Below are positions 10,533-19,427 of a stretch of 64,000 nt of DNA, piece after piece. A program made the translations under genes and the position numbers. Every line of letters begins with the position of its first letter. The first letter of the stretch is position 1. Origin of the DNA: Coleofasciculus sp. B1-GNL1-01 (lineage in GTDB: Bacteria; Cyanobacteriota; Cyanobacteriia; Cyanobacteriales; Coleofasciculaceae); NCBI GenBank assembly GCA_040220235.1, contig JAVJTO010000168.1. One strand, written 5' to 3'. The notes beneath the pieces are model-generated. The model was not told where the DNA came from and made no database searches. It saw only the letters and a program-made list of their open reading frames with translations.

Positions 10533-11312
10533 TTAAATAAATCGGGTTAACTGGATACGGTAACGCTCTTTTTTGGTTATGCTAACATCTCCAACTTGCA
10601 AGCGCCCTTTACCCCGAATCGCGATTAAGTCGCCCGGTTTAACCGAGTAACTCGCTTGGCTCACCTCTTTCCAGTTTACCCGCACATCACCCGCCCCAAT
10701 CAAATCTGCCATTTTACTGCGAGATGTGCCAAATCCGGCTGACGCGATCGCATCTAGGCGCATCGATGCTTCGACTGTCGTCATTTCTTTCTTCTTCGGT
10801 TCTCGAATCTTGAGTTGACTCAACTCAATCGGTCGAGTTTTCACCGGAACCGAACGCACTTGAGTTAGCTGCGTCTCCAGAAACGAGGCAATTTCTGGAA
10901 TCACAATCACTTGAGCGCCGCGTTCGCCTAAAACAATAATATCGCCAACTTTCTCTCGCACAATCCCTGTTCCCAGAATCGCGCCCAAGAAATCCCGATG
11001 GGTGGCTGGATCAAAGAGAAAATTACCCTCAATATCTAACGCCGCTACCTCAACCTGAGACTGATCCAGAGGTAATTCTTCACGGGTGATCCCCAGCCGT
11101 TGACGTTCAGCTTGAGGATATCCTCCCCATGGTAAAAGTTGTACCTCCGTCAACCGCGCAAACTGCTGCTGAATTTCCACCAGTACAGGCGGTGAGAGGA
11201 AATCGGTTAACACCACTTCCCAAGTTTTGATCGCTTGTTCCGCTTGATCAATCACACGGGCAACCGTATCGCGATTTTCGACGCCTTTGAGTAAGTCCTC
11301 TCGTGGCAACAT
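10533..11312 (-). CDS. Photosystem II S4-domain protein (YlmH/Sll1252 family)
   Basis: TDFLSP, GGYPQAER, HRDFLGA, C-terminal S4 RLDA...IRGKGR. Confidence 0.9.
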   Translation of the reverse strand: MLPREDLLKGVENRDTVARVIDQAEQAIKTWEVVLTDFLSPPVLVEIQQQFARLTEVQLLPWGGYPQAERQRLGITREELPLDQSQVEVAALDIEGNFLFDPATHRDFLGAILGTGIVREKVGDIIVLGERGAQVIVIPEIASFLETQLTQVRSVPVKTRPIELSQLKIREPKKKEMTTVEASMRLDAIASAGFGTSRSKMADLIGAGDVRVNWKEVSQASYSVKPGDLIAIRGKGRLQVGDVSITKKERYRIQLTRFI

Positions 11313-11387
11313 GGGAATAATGAATTATGAATTATGCTTAATTTTGTAATTGTATTTCATCCCGGAAAAAATCGCTAGAGTTCTACT

Positions 11388-12377
11388 ATGGCGCACCCTC
11401 TGATGTCGCTGTTTTCCCTGCGAGTTTTAATCCTAACGGCTACAACCTTGTATCAAGCGATCGCCTGCTGGCGAGAAGATCGTACACCACCACCGGGTCA
11501 ACGGGTGGATGTGGGCGGTTTCTGCTTGCATTACGTTACAGCAGGAACCGGATATCCAACCGTTGTACTCGATCATAGTTTGGGCGGAGTTGAGGGCTAT
11601 TTTTTGGTGGATGAATTGGCGCAACTTGCGCGGGTTTGTATTTATGATCGTGCGGGTTTTGGCTGGAGCGATCGCAGCCCTCATCCTCGCACCAGTAATC
11701 AGATTGTCACCGAACTTAACCAGATGCTGACTCTTGCAGGTTTAGAACCTCCTTATATTTTAGTGGGCAACTCTTTTGGCAGTTACAATATGCGTCTTTA
11801 CGCCTCTCGTTATCCGGAAAAAGTTGTAGGATTAGTTCTGACTGACGGGTTACATGAATCAGCGATGTTAAAAATGCCCCTAATCCTGCGCGGATTACAA
11901 TTGTTCTTTGCGTCAGGCTTTATCATGTCCGTTCTGGGAGCAACATTGGGCATCATTCGTCTACTAAATATAATTGGCGTATTTGAATTAATCAAACCAA
12001 AATTACGTCAGTTTTCCCTGGATTCTCGTCAAGCGGTAAAACGCTCTTTCTGTCGCCCCAAACACTGGGTAACGATGACCCGAGAAATCTTTCGTTTAGA
12101 TACAAGTGGTCGCCAAGTCCGCTGCGCTAGTCATCTTAAGGATCTGCCGATTGTTAGTCTTAAAGCCTCTTCATTTTTCATCCCTTCACTTCTAACCATT
12201 TTGATGCCATTGAAAGCCGCCAATCAGTTACGCGATCGCATCCACGATAAGTTAGCTAAACTCTCGACAAATTGCGTACAAATTACGGTTGAAAACAGTG
12301 GTCATTTTGTCTGGGTGGATCGACCCGATGCAATTATCCAAGCCGTAAAAATCATCTTAGAAAGACTGGACGATTAA
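11388..12377 (+). CDS. Alpha/beta hydrolase
   Basis: YDRAGFGWS, GNSFG nucleophile elbow, SGHFV. Confidence 0.88.
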   Translation: MAHPLMSLFSLRVLILTATTLYQAIACWREDRTPPPGQRVDVGGFCLHYVTAGTGYPTVVLDHSLGGVEGYFLVDELAQLARVCIYDRAGFGWSDRSPHPRTSNQIVTELNQMLTLAGLEPPYILVGNSFGSYNMRLYASRYPEKVVGLVLTDGLHESAMLKMPLILRGLQLFFASGFIMSVLGATLGIIRLLNIIGVFELIKPKLRQFSLDSRQAVKRSFCRPKHWVTMTREIFRLDTSGRQVRCASHLKDLPIVSLKASSFFIPSLLTILMPLKAANQLRDRIHDKLAKLSTNCVQITVENSGHFVWVDRPDAIIQAVKIILERLDD

Positions 12378-12420
12378 TGGTTCACCTGAGGTGCGATCAG
12401 TCTCATTTTTCGCTCGACTG

Positions 12421-12921
12421 TCATTCACTATATCCTTGAATCGTCTCTGGTTCAAATTGTTTCAATAAGGGGGTAGCTTGGCGAATTAATTGATCTGAAC
12501 CTTTGACAACAATGATATATTTTCCTTGATTGAGACGATTGCGATAGGGGAGTGCGTCACCACTACCCAAGGCAATGCCAACTCCGCCACCCACAAAAAA
12601 GCTGCCCATGGCTGCTGCGATCGCACCGAAGATACCGCCAATGATATGATTCCCTATGGGACTTATTGGTAGAATTTCGATCGCCGTGAGTAGGTTAAAG
12701 GCATATCCAGCCGCAAAGCCAAAGGGAAGCAACCAGTAGGCGAGTTGCTTAACTTGCTTGATTGCTTGCAGATTCGGGTCAATTAAGCCAAACTCATCAG
12801 CACTTTGATAGCCTTTACCGAGAATCGTGACTTGATTCATCGGCAAACCTCTTTTTTCCAGAACCGTGTACGCTTCTTCGGCTTCAATGCGATTTTTCAG
12901 GACAGCAATCAGGTAGTTCAT
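12421..12921 (-). CDS. Hypothetical membrane protein
   Basis: Two Gly-rich hydrophobic helices; clean ORF. Confidence 0.75.
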   Translation of the reverse strand: MNYLIAVLKNRIEAEEAYTVLEKRGLPMNQVTILGKGYQSADEFGLIDPNLQAIKQVKQLAYWLLPFGFAAGYAFNLLTAIEILPISPIGNHIIGGIFGAIAAAMGSFFVGGGVGIALGSGDALPYRNRLNQGKYIIVVKGSDQLIRQATPLLKQFEPETIQGYSE

Positions 12922-13218
12922 AATATCAGGTAGAGCTAAATCGTTACAAAGACTTCGAGACTAAGATGAATCACACTGAACTAAGCTAGGTTTGTAGTTG
13001 CGCTTTAGCGCCATAAACGCCTGCTCACCCATTACAAACCCTCAAGTCAGTGTTATTCAGATTAAGATTAAGGGTTACGCTTCATTTTTGCCTAACCTCA
13101 ATCGTAACACCTAAGAACCTGTTAAGAAAGTTGGCGGGTCAATGAAATTCCCTGTACTGCTATAGCAATTCTCCAGCCGATGCGATACACCTAACCGTAG
13201 GGGCGCAAGGCTTGCGCC

Positions 13219-13448
13219 CAAGACTTAGTCGCCATCAAACTCCTCACCTTTGATGCCGATTTTAATTGGGACGATCTCAAACTGTTTGAGCGAGAAGCCG
13301 AAACCTTACAGTCACTCTCCCATCCCGCAATTCCGCGTTACTTAGACTCCTTTAAATTTCAAACATCCAAGACTAAAGGCTTTGCCTTGGTACAGAGTTA
13401 TATCGAAGCGAAATCCTTAGCTGAATGGGTAAAATTGGGTCGCACTTT
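13219..13448 (+). pseudogene. Ser/Thr kinase fragment (QDLVAIK...GRTF)
   Basis: Highly similar to the N-lobe coding sequence of kinases at 13897 and 17225; 5' end abuts a GTAG REP. Confidence 0.9.
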
Positions 13449-13565
13449 CGTAGCACCGAAGAACATGTTAAGAAATTTGGCTAGTGGATGAAATGTGCTG
13501 TCGCGATTGCTATCAGAGAAGAAAAATCAAAACTTTCCGGAAAACTCGGTAGCCAGTCTGTCAGA

Positions 13566-13673
13566 TATAGCAGCTACTTTGGCAGGGAGAGGACATTCTG
13601 TACTGTTGCCTGTTGCCTGTTGCCTATTGGGATAAACTAAACTGATGTCCTAACCTATCCCCGTAGTGCTATA
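13566..13673. mobile_element. MITE inserted at a TA site
   Basis: Absent from the paralogous site near 17010; TA on both sides. Confidence 0.8.
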
Positions 13674-13797
13674 ACGCATTTCACCAGTTGTCAACCCGTT
13701 AACATCTGTGGCTACACCAACCCAATTCATCGGTGCGGACAACCAGAAAAGACGTAGAGACGTTCCGCTGGAACGTCTCTACAAAATGGAATAGTCA

Positions 13798-13840
13798 GTA
13801 ACAAATGTTACCATGTTCCCAAAATTTCATTCAGTATTTT
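13798..13840 (+). promoter_or_regulatory. NtcA-type box with downstream -10 element
   Basis: GTA-ACAAATGT-TAC, 23-nt spacer, TATTTT (TAN3T). Confidence 0.55.
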
Positions 13841-13896
13841 CAGCAAACAGTCAATCTTAATTAGTAATTGAAAGACACAACAGCTTAGGGGAAAAC

Positions 13897-15240
13897 ATGG
13901 TGGAGCAAGTTTTAAAAGAACGTTATCAAATCCAGAAACAGCTTGGTCAAAATGGCGGACGACAAACCTTACTAGCGCGGGACTTACAAACCCAAGAATT
14001 AGTTGCTATCAAGATTCTCACCTTTGGGGCAGATTTTCATTGGGACGATCTCAAACTGTTTGAGCGAGAAGCCCAAACCTTACAATCCCTCTCCCATCGG
14101 GCTATTCCACATTACTTAGACTCCTTTAAATTTCAAACATCCCAGACGAAAGGCTTTGCCTTGGTACAGAGTTATATCGAAGCGAAATCCTTAGCTGAAT
14201 GGGTAAAATTGGGTCGCACTTTTAACGAAGATGACATCAAGCATATAGCTAAAGCGTTGCTGGAAATATTGATGTATTTACACGCACAGCATCCGCCAGT
14301 GATTCATCGGGATATTAAGCCGAGTAATATTCTATTGGCAAACCGCTCAGGTAACAGTGTCGGTCAAGTTTATTTAGTTGATTTTGGTTCAGTTCAGACC
14401 TTAGCCGCAACCGAAGGTAGCACGATTACAGTTGTGGGAACTTATGGGTATATGCCGCCAGAACAATTTGGTGGACGTGCGGTTCCGGCGTCTGATCTCT
14501 ACAGCTTAGGTGCCATGTTAATTTACTTAGTAACCGGGATGCATCCTGCTGATTTACCCCAGGAGGATCTGCGAATTCAGTTTGAACCAAAAATTCCTCT
14601 CGATTCAGCTTTTGTTGACTGGTTGAAGCGGATGACTGAACCGGATTTAAATAGGCGTTTAACTTCTGCTAATCAAGGGTTAAAATCACTTAAAAAACAG
14701 AATCATAGGACACCAATAATTGTGACAAAACCGACTTGGAGTCAAGTAAAAATTAACAATAATAAAACTAGCATAGAAGTTATAATTCCTGACCATAATA
14801 CTTTAGAAAAGTATACAACTATTGGCTTGATTTGGATAATGTTAATCAATTATTTTGGGCGTCAATTTTATTTATTTTTTAACAATTTTAGTTTGATATT
14901 AAATGAATCCATTAACGTCTTTTTTCAGGGAAAGTTACTGATATCATTTATACATATTCTGTTTATAATTATTTTTTGCATAACACCATTGATAATAGTT
15001 ATAAAAACTTTTACAAAATCTACCATACTGCGGATTGATCAACATAAAATATCACTTAATAAGCGACGAAAAAGTCCCAGAAAAGCTATTTTAAAATTAG
15101 GATTTTTCCAACAGTACGATACAGACTGGCGTGTTCGTCGCAACATTCGGATTTGGGCAGGAACACGGCAATATAACCTTCCTACCGAACACCTTACTGA
15201 TAAGGAGATTGATTGGATAGCTCATGAACTCAGCGAATAG
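13897..15240 (+). CDS. Membrane Ser/Thr protein kinase (K1)
   Basis: VAIK, HRDIKPSN, DFG, GTYGYMPPEQ; two C-terminal TM segments. Confidence 0.93.
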   Translation: MVEQVLKERYQIQKQLGQNGGRQTLLARDLQTQELVAIKILTFGADFHWDDLKLFEREAQTLQSLSHRAIPHYLDSFKFQTSQTKGFALVQSYIEAKSLAEWVKLGRTFNEDDIKHIAKALLEILMYLHAQHPPVIHRDIKPSNILLANRSGNSVGQVYLVDFGSVQTLAATEGSTITVVGTYGYMPPEQFGGRAVPASDLYSLGAMLIYLVTGMHPADLPQEDLRIQFEPKIPLDSAFVDWLKRMTEPDLNRRLTSANQGLKSLKKQNHRTPIIVTKPTWSQVKINNNKTSIEVIIPDHNTLEKYTTIGLIWIMLINYFGRQFYLFFNNFSLILNESINVFFQGKLLISFIHILFIIIFCITPLIIVIKTFTKSTILRIDQHKISLNKRRKSPRKAILKLGFFQQYDTDWRVRRNIRIWAGTRQYNLPTEHLTDKEIDWIAHELSE

Positions 15241-15316
15241 TTAGATTTGCCCATTATCAATAAAAATAATTAGAACTCAATAATTAACTAACATAAAATT
15301 AATAGGATTATTAAAA

Positions 15317-16738
15317 ATGAAAAATAAAGTTTTAAAAGGACGTTATCTTATTCAGGAACAGTTGACTAAAAATGCCGGACGACACACCTGGCTGGCACAG
15401 GACTTACAAACTCAAGACTTAGTTGTGATAAAATTGTTGATTTTTGAATCAGACTTTCAATGGGATGATTTGAAGCTGTTTGAACGAGAAGCGCAAACGT
15501 TACAACGTCTTTCCCATCCGGCAATTCCCCATTACCTAGATTATTTTGATCTAGACACCTCAATCGGTAAAGGATTTGCTTTGGTGCAAAGCTATATCCC
15601 AGCTAAATCCTTAGAACAATGGTTAAAGAATGGACGAACATTTAGCGAAGAAGACGTTAAGCAACTGGCTCAAGCACTGCTGGAAATTTTGCGCTACTTG
15701 CATGAGCAACAGCCACCAGTCATTCACCGAGATATCAAGCCCAGTAATATTTTATTGACCAACCGATCAGGTAACAGTATCGGTCAAGTTTATTTAGTTG
15801 ATTTTGGCTCAGTACAAACCCTAGCGGCAAAACAAGGTAGCACGATTACGGTTGTAGGAACTTATGGATATATGCCACCTGAACAATTTGGTGGACGAAC
15901 GGTTCCTGCTTCTGATCTTTATAGTTTGGGTGCAACCTTAATTTATTTAGTATCAGGGAGGAATCCATCTGAATTACCTCAGGAAAATTTGCGACTTCAG
16001 TTTGAATTATCTGTTAATATCAGTTCAGATTTGATTGATTGGTTGAAGTGGATGACACAACCGAGTCTAAATCGGCGTCTGGCATCGGCTGGGGAAGCGA
16101 TGAAAGCCTTGGATCAGCCTCGTCAGCAAACCTATATCCCGGCGGTTAGACGCCAACCATTCGGGAGTAGGATTCAAGTCAAAAAAGATGGGGAAAGTGT
16201 AGATATTTTTATCCCACCGCCACGATCAATTTTTAGAGGCAAATTCTGGACATATTTTCTCTTGATATTGTTGTTTTCACTCCCGTGCTTTATTGTTGCA
16301 TTTTTTATTGCATTTGGGTTATTTGACTTGGCTAAAGACAATATTTTACTATCTTCATTTCTACTATTCTTTTCTCTATTTTTTACAGGTGTTTTAATCG
16401 CTATCTATATGTCGTTTGGAAATTTTTTAAATTTGTTCCGAACAACTCGATTAACTCTCAACAACCAACAAATTACATTGACTTATGAGTACCCCTGGTT
16501 AAAAAGCTATAAACCTCCGATCAGGAAGAATAATATTCGCCAACTGCACTATACCAATCGTTATCAAGCAATTACAATAATTGCTAAACAACAGAACCAT
16601 GTACTCACTTATGTACTATCTGCCAATATTGAGGGACTTGTAGAGCCAGAAATGGAGTGGTTAGCCCACGAAATCAGCGAATGGTCGGGTGTGCCGATTA
16701 CTGATGAATACGTGCGTCACCAGTCACAGATACGCTAA
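15317..16738 (+). CDS. Membrane Ser/Thr protein kinase (K2)
   Basis: HRDIKPSN, DFG, GTYGYMPPEQ; two TM segments. Confidence 0.93.
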   Translation: MKNKVLKGRYLIQEQLTKNAGRHTWLAQDLQTQDLVVIKLLIFESDFQWDDLKLFEREAQTLQRLSHPAIPHYLDYFDLDTSIGKGFALVQSYIPAKSLEQWLKNGRTFSEEDVKQLAQALLEILRYLHEQQPPVIHRDIKPSNILLTNRSGNSIGQVYLVDFGSVQTLAAKQGSTITVVGTYGYMPPEQFGGRTVPASDLYSLGATLIYLVSGRNPSELPQENLRLQFELSVNISSDLIDWLKWMTQPSLNRRLASAGEAMKALDQPRQQTYIPAVRRQPFGSRIQVKKDGESVDIFIPPPRSIFRGKFWTYFLLILLFSLPCFIVAFFIAFGLFDLAKDNILLSSFLLFFSLFFTGVLIAIYMSFGNFLNLFRTTRLTLNNQQITLTYEYPWLKSYKPPIRKNNIRQLHYTNRYQAITIIAKQQNHVLTYVLSANIEGLVEPEMEWLAHEISEWSGVPITDEYVRHQSQIR

Positions 16739-17119
16739 AACGCTTAGCTACTAACCGACAACCTTTACGACAATAGCGACTCCACCTGAAGCGAGAACCT
16801 TCCTGCTTTTAGATAGACAGGTATATTCCAGACATAATAAGAATGTTCGATATTAACATTTCTGTGCCAGCAATAGTGCTACCTAACTTCAAGCGTAGCA
16901 CCGAAGAAGATGTTAAGAAATTTGGCTAGTGGATGAAATGTGCTGTCGCGATCGCTATCCTAGAAGAAAAATCAAAACTTTCCGGAAAACTCGGTAGTCA
17001 GTCTGTCGGATAACCGATTTCACCAGTTACCAATCCGTTAAAACCTGCTGCAAGTCCTCTGTACAGACACAAGGCGTAGAGATGTGAAGGTGGAACGTCT
17101 CTGCAAAAGGGAATATTGA

Positions 17120-17133
17120 GTAACGAGTGCTAC
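17120..17133 (+). promoter_or_regulatory. NtcA-type box, paralogous copy
   Basis: GTA-ACGAGTGC-TAC at the equivalent position upstream of K3. Confidence 0.4.
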
Positions 17134-17224
17134 CTTAGGTGGGAAATAATTACTGGACTGATGATCTCGGCAAACAGTGAATCTGAGTCAGTAGTTTAAA
17201 GGCACAACAGCTTAGGGTAAAAAT

Positions 17225-18811
17225 ATGGGGAAGCAAGTCTTAAAAAAACGTTACCAAATCCAGAAACCGCTCGGTAAAAATGGTGGACGACGCACGCTGC
17301 TGGCGCGGGACTTACAAACCCAGGAATTAGTCGCCATAAAACTCTTGGTCTGTGGTGCAGACTTTCAATGGGATGATCTAAAACTGTTTGAGCGAGAAGC
17401 CCAAACCTTACAATCACTCTCCCATCCAGCAATTCCGCGTTACTTAGACTACTTTAAATTCCAGACATCCAAGACTAAAGGATTTGCATTAGTACAGAGC
17501 TATATCAAAGCGAAGTCTTTAGAAGAATGGGTGAAATTGGGTCGCACTTTTAACCAAGCGGAAATCAAGCAGATCGCTAAAGCATTACTCGAAATCTTGA
17601 TGTATTTACACACACAGCATCCACCAGTAATTCATCGGGATATTCAGCCGAGTAATATTCTCTTGGTAAACCGCTCAGGCAACAGTGTTGGTCAAGTGTA
17701 TTTAGTTAATTTTGGCTCAGTTCAAACCTTAGCCGCAACAGAAGGTAGTACGATTAGGATTGTGAGAACCTATGGGTATATGCCGCCGGAACAATTTGAT
17801 GGACAAGTTGTTCCGACGTCTGATCTCTACAGTTTAGGTGCAACATTAATTTACTTAGTAACTGGGATGCATCCCGCTGATTTACCTCAGCAGGACTGGC
17901 GAATTCAGTTGAAATCAAAAAATTATCTCGATTCAGCTTTTGTTGATTGGTTGAAGTGGATGACTGAACCGGATTTAAACAATCGTTTAACTTCTGCTAA
18001 ACAATCATTTAAACTCCTGAAACAACTGCTCTTAATCGAAGAAATATACTCGGTTACCAAAAATATTGGTGTAAGTAAAATTAGAATCAATAATTATCGG
18101 GATAAATTGGAATTTATATTTTCTGATTTTTCTGGATTAGAAAAAATGTTGAGGTATCTATGCATGGGATTGTTGTTTATATTTATTATAGTAAATTTTT
18201 CAGTTCTTAAAGCTGGCGTATTCATGATAATCAATGTGTTTAATTGGTTGTTTTACGGTAAGTTTTTTATGAGTCTACTTAATGGCTTGATAGGTATTTT
18301 CATAGTGAGCTTTTCTTTCCTTATAATAGGAGGAATTATTAAGCTTTTCCCCAAATCTACCCGACTGCGGATTGATCCATACAAAATCTCGCTTAATCAT
18401 CTACCCCCAAGTCCAAGGAGAGCTATTTGGAAATTAGAATTTTCACAGTATTCCGATACAGACTCGTGTATTCGTCACAACATTCAAATTCGGGCAGGAA
18501 GACAGGTATATAAACTTCCTACTGAGGCTCTTACTGAGCGCGAAGTTAATTGGATTGTATCTGAAATCAGCAATTTATTAGAGTTAATTATCACGAAATA
18601 CGGAAACGATGTGAAGGTTATGGTATCGCCAAAACACTTAAAGTTTGGTGGCAAATTATGGATATCGATAGGAACATATTTTTTCTTAGGATCACTTTTT
18701 TTATTTATGATTGCTACAGTGATAATTTTTATTTCAGCTAAAACCTTTGACAAAACTTTTGGTAATTTTATTGAACTAATATTTTTCCTTCTTAAAGCAG
18801 TGTTCTGCTAA
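17225..18811 (+). CDS. Membrane Ser/Thr kinase homologue, likely pseudokinase (K3)
   Basis: Kinase fold with HRDIQPSN, NFG and RTYGY substitutions; extra C-terminal TM segment. Confidence 0.88.
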   Translation: MGKQVLKKRYQIQKPLGKNGGRRTLLARDLQTQELVAIKLLVCGADFQWDDLKLFEREAQTLQSLSHPAIPRYLDYFKFQTSKTKGFALVQSYIKAKSLEEWVKLGRTFNQAEIKQIAKALLEILMYLHTQHPPVIHRDIQPSNILLVNRSGNSVGQVYLVNFGSVQTLAATEGSTIRIVRTYGYMPPEQFDGQVVPTSDLYSLGATLIYLVTGMHPADLPQQDWRIQLKSKNYLDSAFVDWLKWMTEPDLNNRLTSAKQSFKLLKQLLLIEEIYSVTKNIGVSKIRINNYRDKLEFIFSDFSGLEKMLRYLCMGLLFIFIIVNFSVLKAGVFMIINVFNWLFYGKFFMSLLNGLIGIFIVSFSFLIIGGIIKLFPKSTRLRIDPYKISLNHLPPSPRRAIWKLEFSQYSDTDSCIRHNIQIRAGRQVYKLPTEALTEREVNWIVSEISNLLELIITKYGNDVKVMVSPKHLKFGGKLWISIGTYFFLGSLFLFMIATVIIFISAKTFDKTFGNFIELIFFLLKAVFC

Positions 18812-18826
18812 ATGGATGTGCGGGAG

Positions 18827-19006
18827 TTAAAGTGATAATAAAGGGGCTTCCGTACTAGAATAAAAGCATTTTAATGCACTAAAGTGCTTACTACAAACAG
18901 TGCAATCACACCGTACATAAGCCAAGGTGACATGACCATCTTCAGCCATCCCAGCAAAGCCTAGAATTCCGCGAATATCCGATTCTTGAGCTATCCGAAT
19001 AGTCAT
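18827..19006 (-). pseudogene. Internally deleted GNAT acetyltransferase remnant
   Basis: MTIRIAQESDI joined to ILGFAGMAEDGHVTLAYVR. Confidence 0.45.
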
Positions 19007-19427
19007 GGTGAGTCGTCTAGGATTTAAATTTTGTCGTAGAAGTCCCTGATCATCCATACCAAGTTGTGTTCTAACGTGTCTAGGAAGAGGGAAGCGTGAA
19101 GCTTTCGCTATAGCGTTAGCGAGGAACAAGCGTCAGAACTTTTCGTCAGAATCTCACCCGATGCTTCGCTACTGCTCCTTCGCTTTGCTGAGGACTCCGC
19201 GAACCATGACAGATTACCTCTCATTGCCAACAACCGGGAAAACTGGGGAAATTTTAAAACTTTCGGTCAATGTCGTAGCTACTGACCCCTTTACCGTTAC
19301 AATAACCTACTGCGGTCAGTCATCGCGATTGTCCGGCGATAGCCCTGTTGTGTAGTTGATAAGCTGTCCTATATTAATTTACAGTAAGGCGCAATCGGTG
19401 TAACTCATTTCAACCCTTCTACTGGTA

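Larger units (their letters stand above)
13449..13896 (+). repeat. Duplicated kinase upstream region (copy at 16894-17224)
   Basis: CGTAGCACCGAAGAA...ACAACAGCTTAGGG shared; this copy carries an extra MITE. Confidence 0.85.

Noticed and set aside
13219..18811. Diversity-generating retroelement (fragment as template repeat)
   Set aside because: No reverse transcriptase in the window; the repeat covers the conserved domain, and the differences are not adenine-specific
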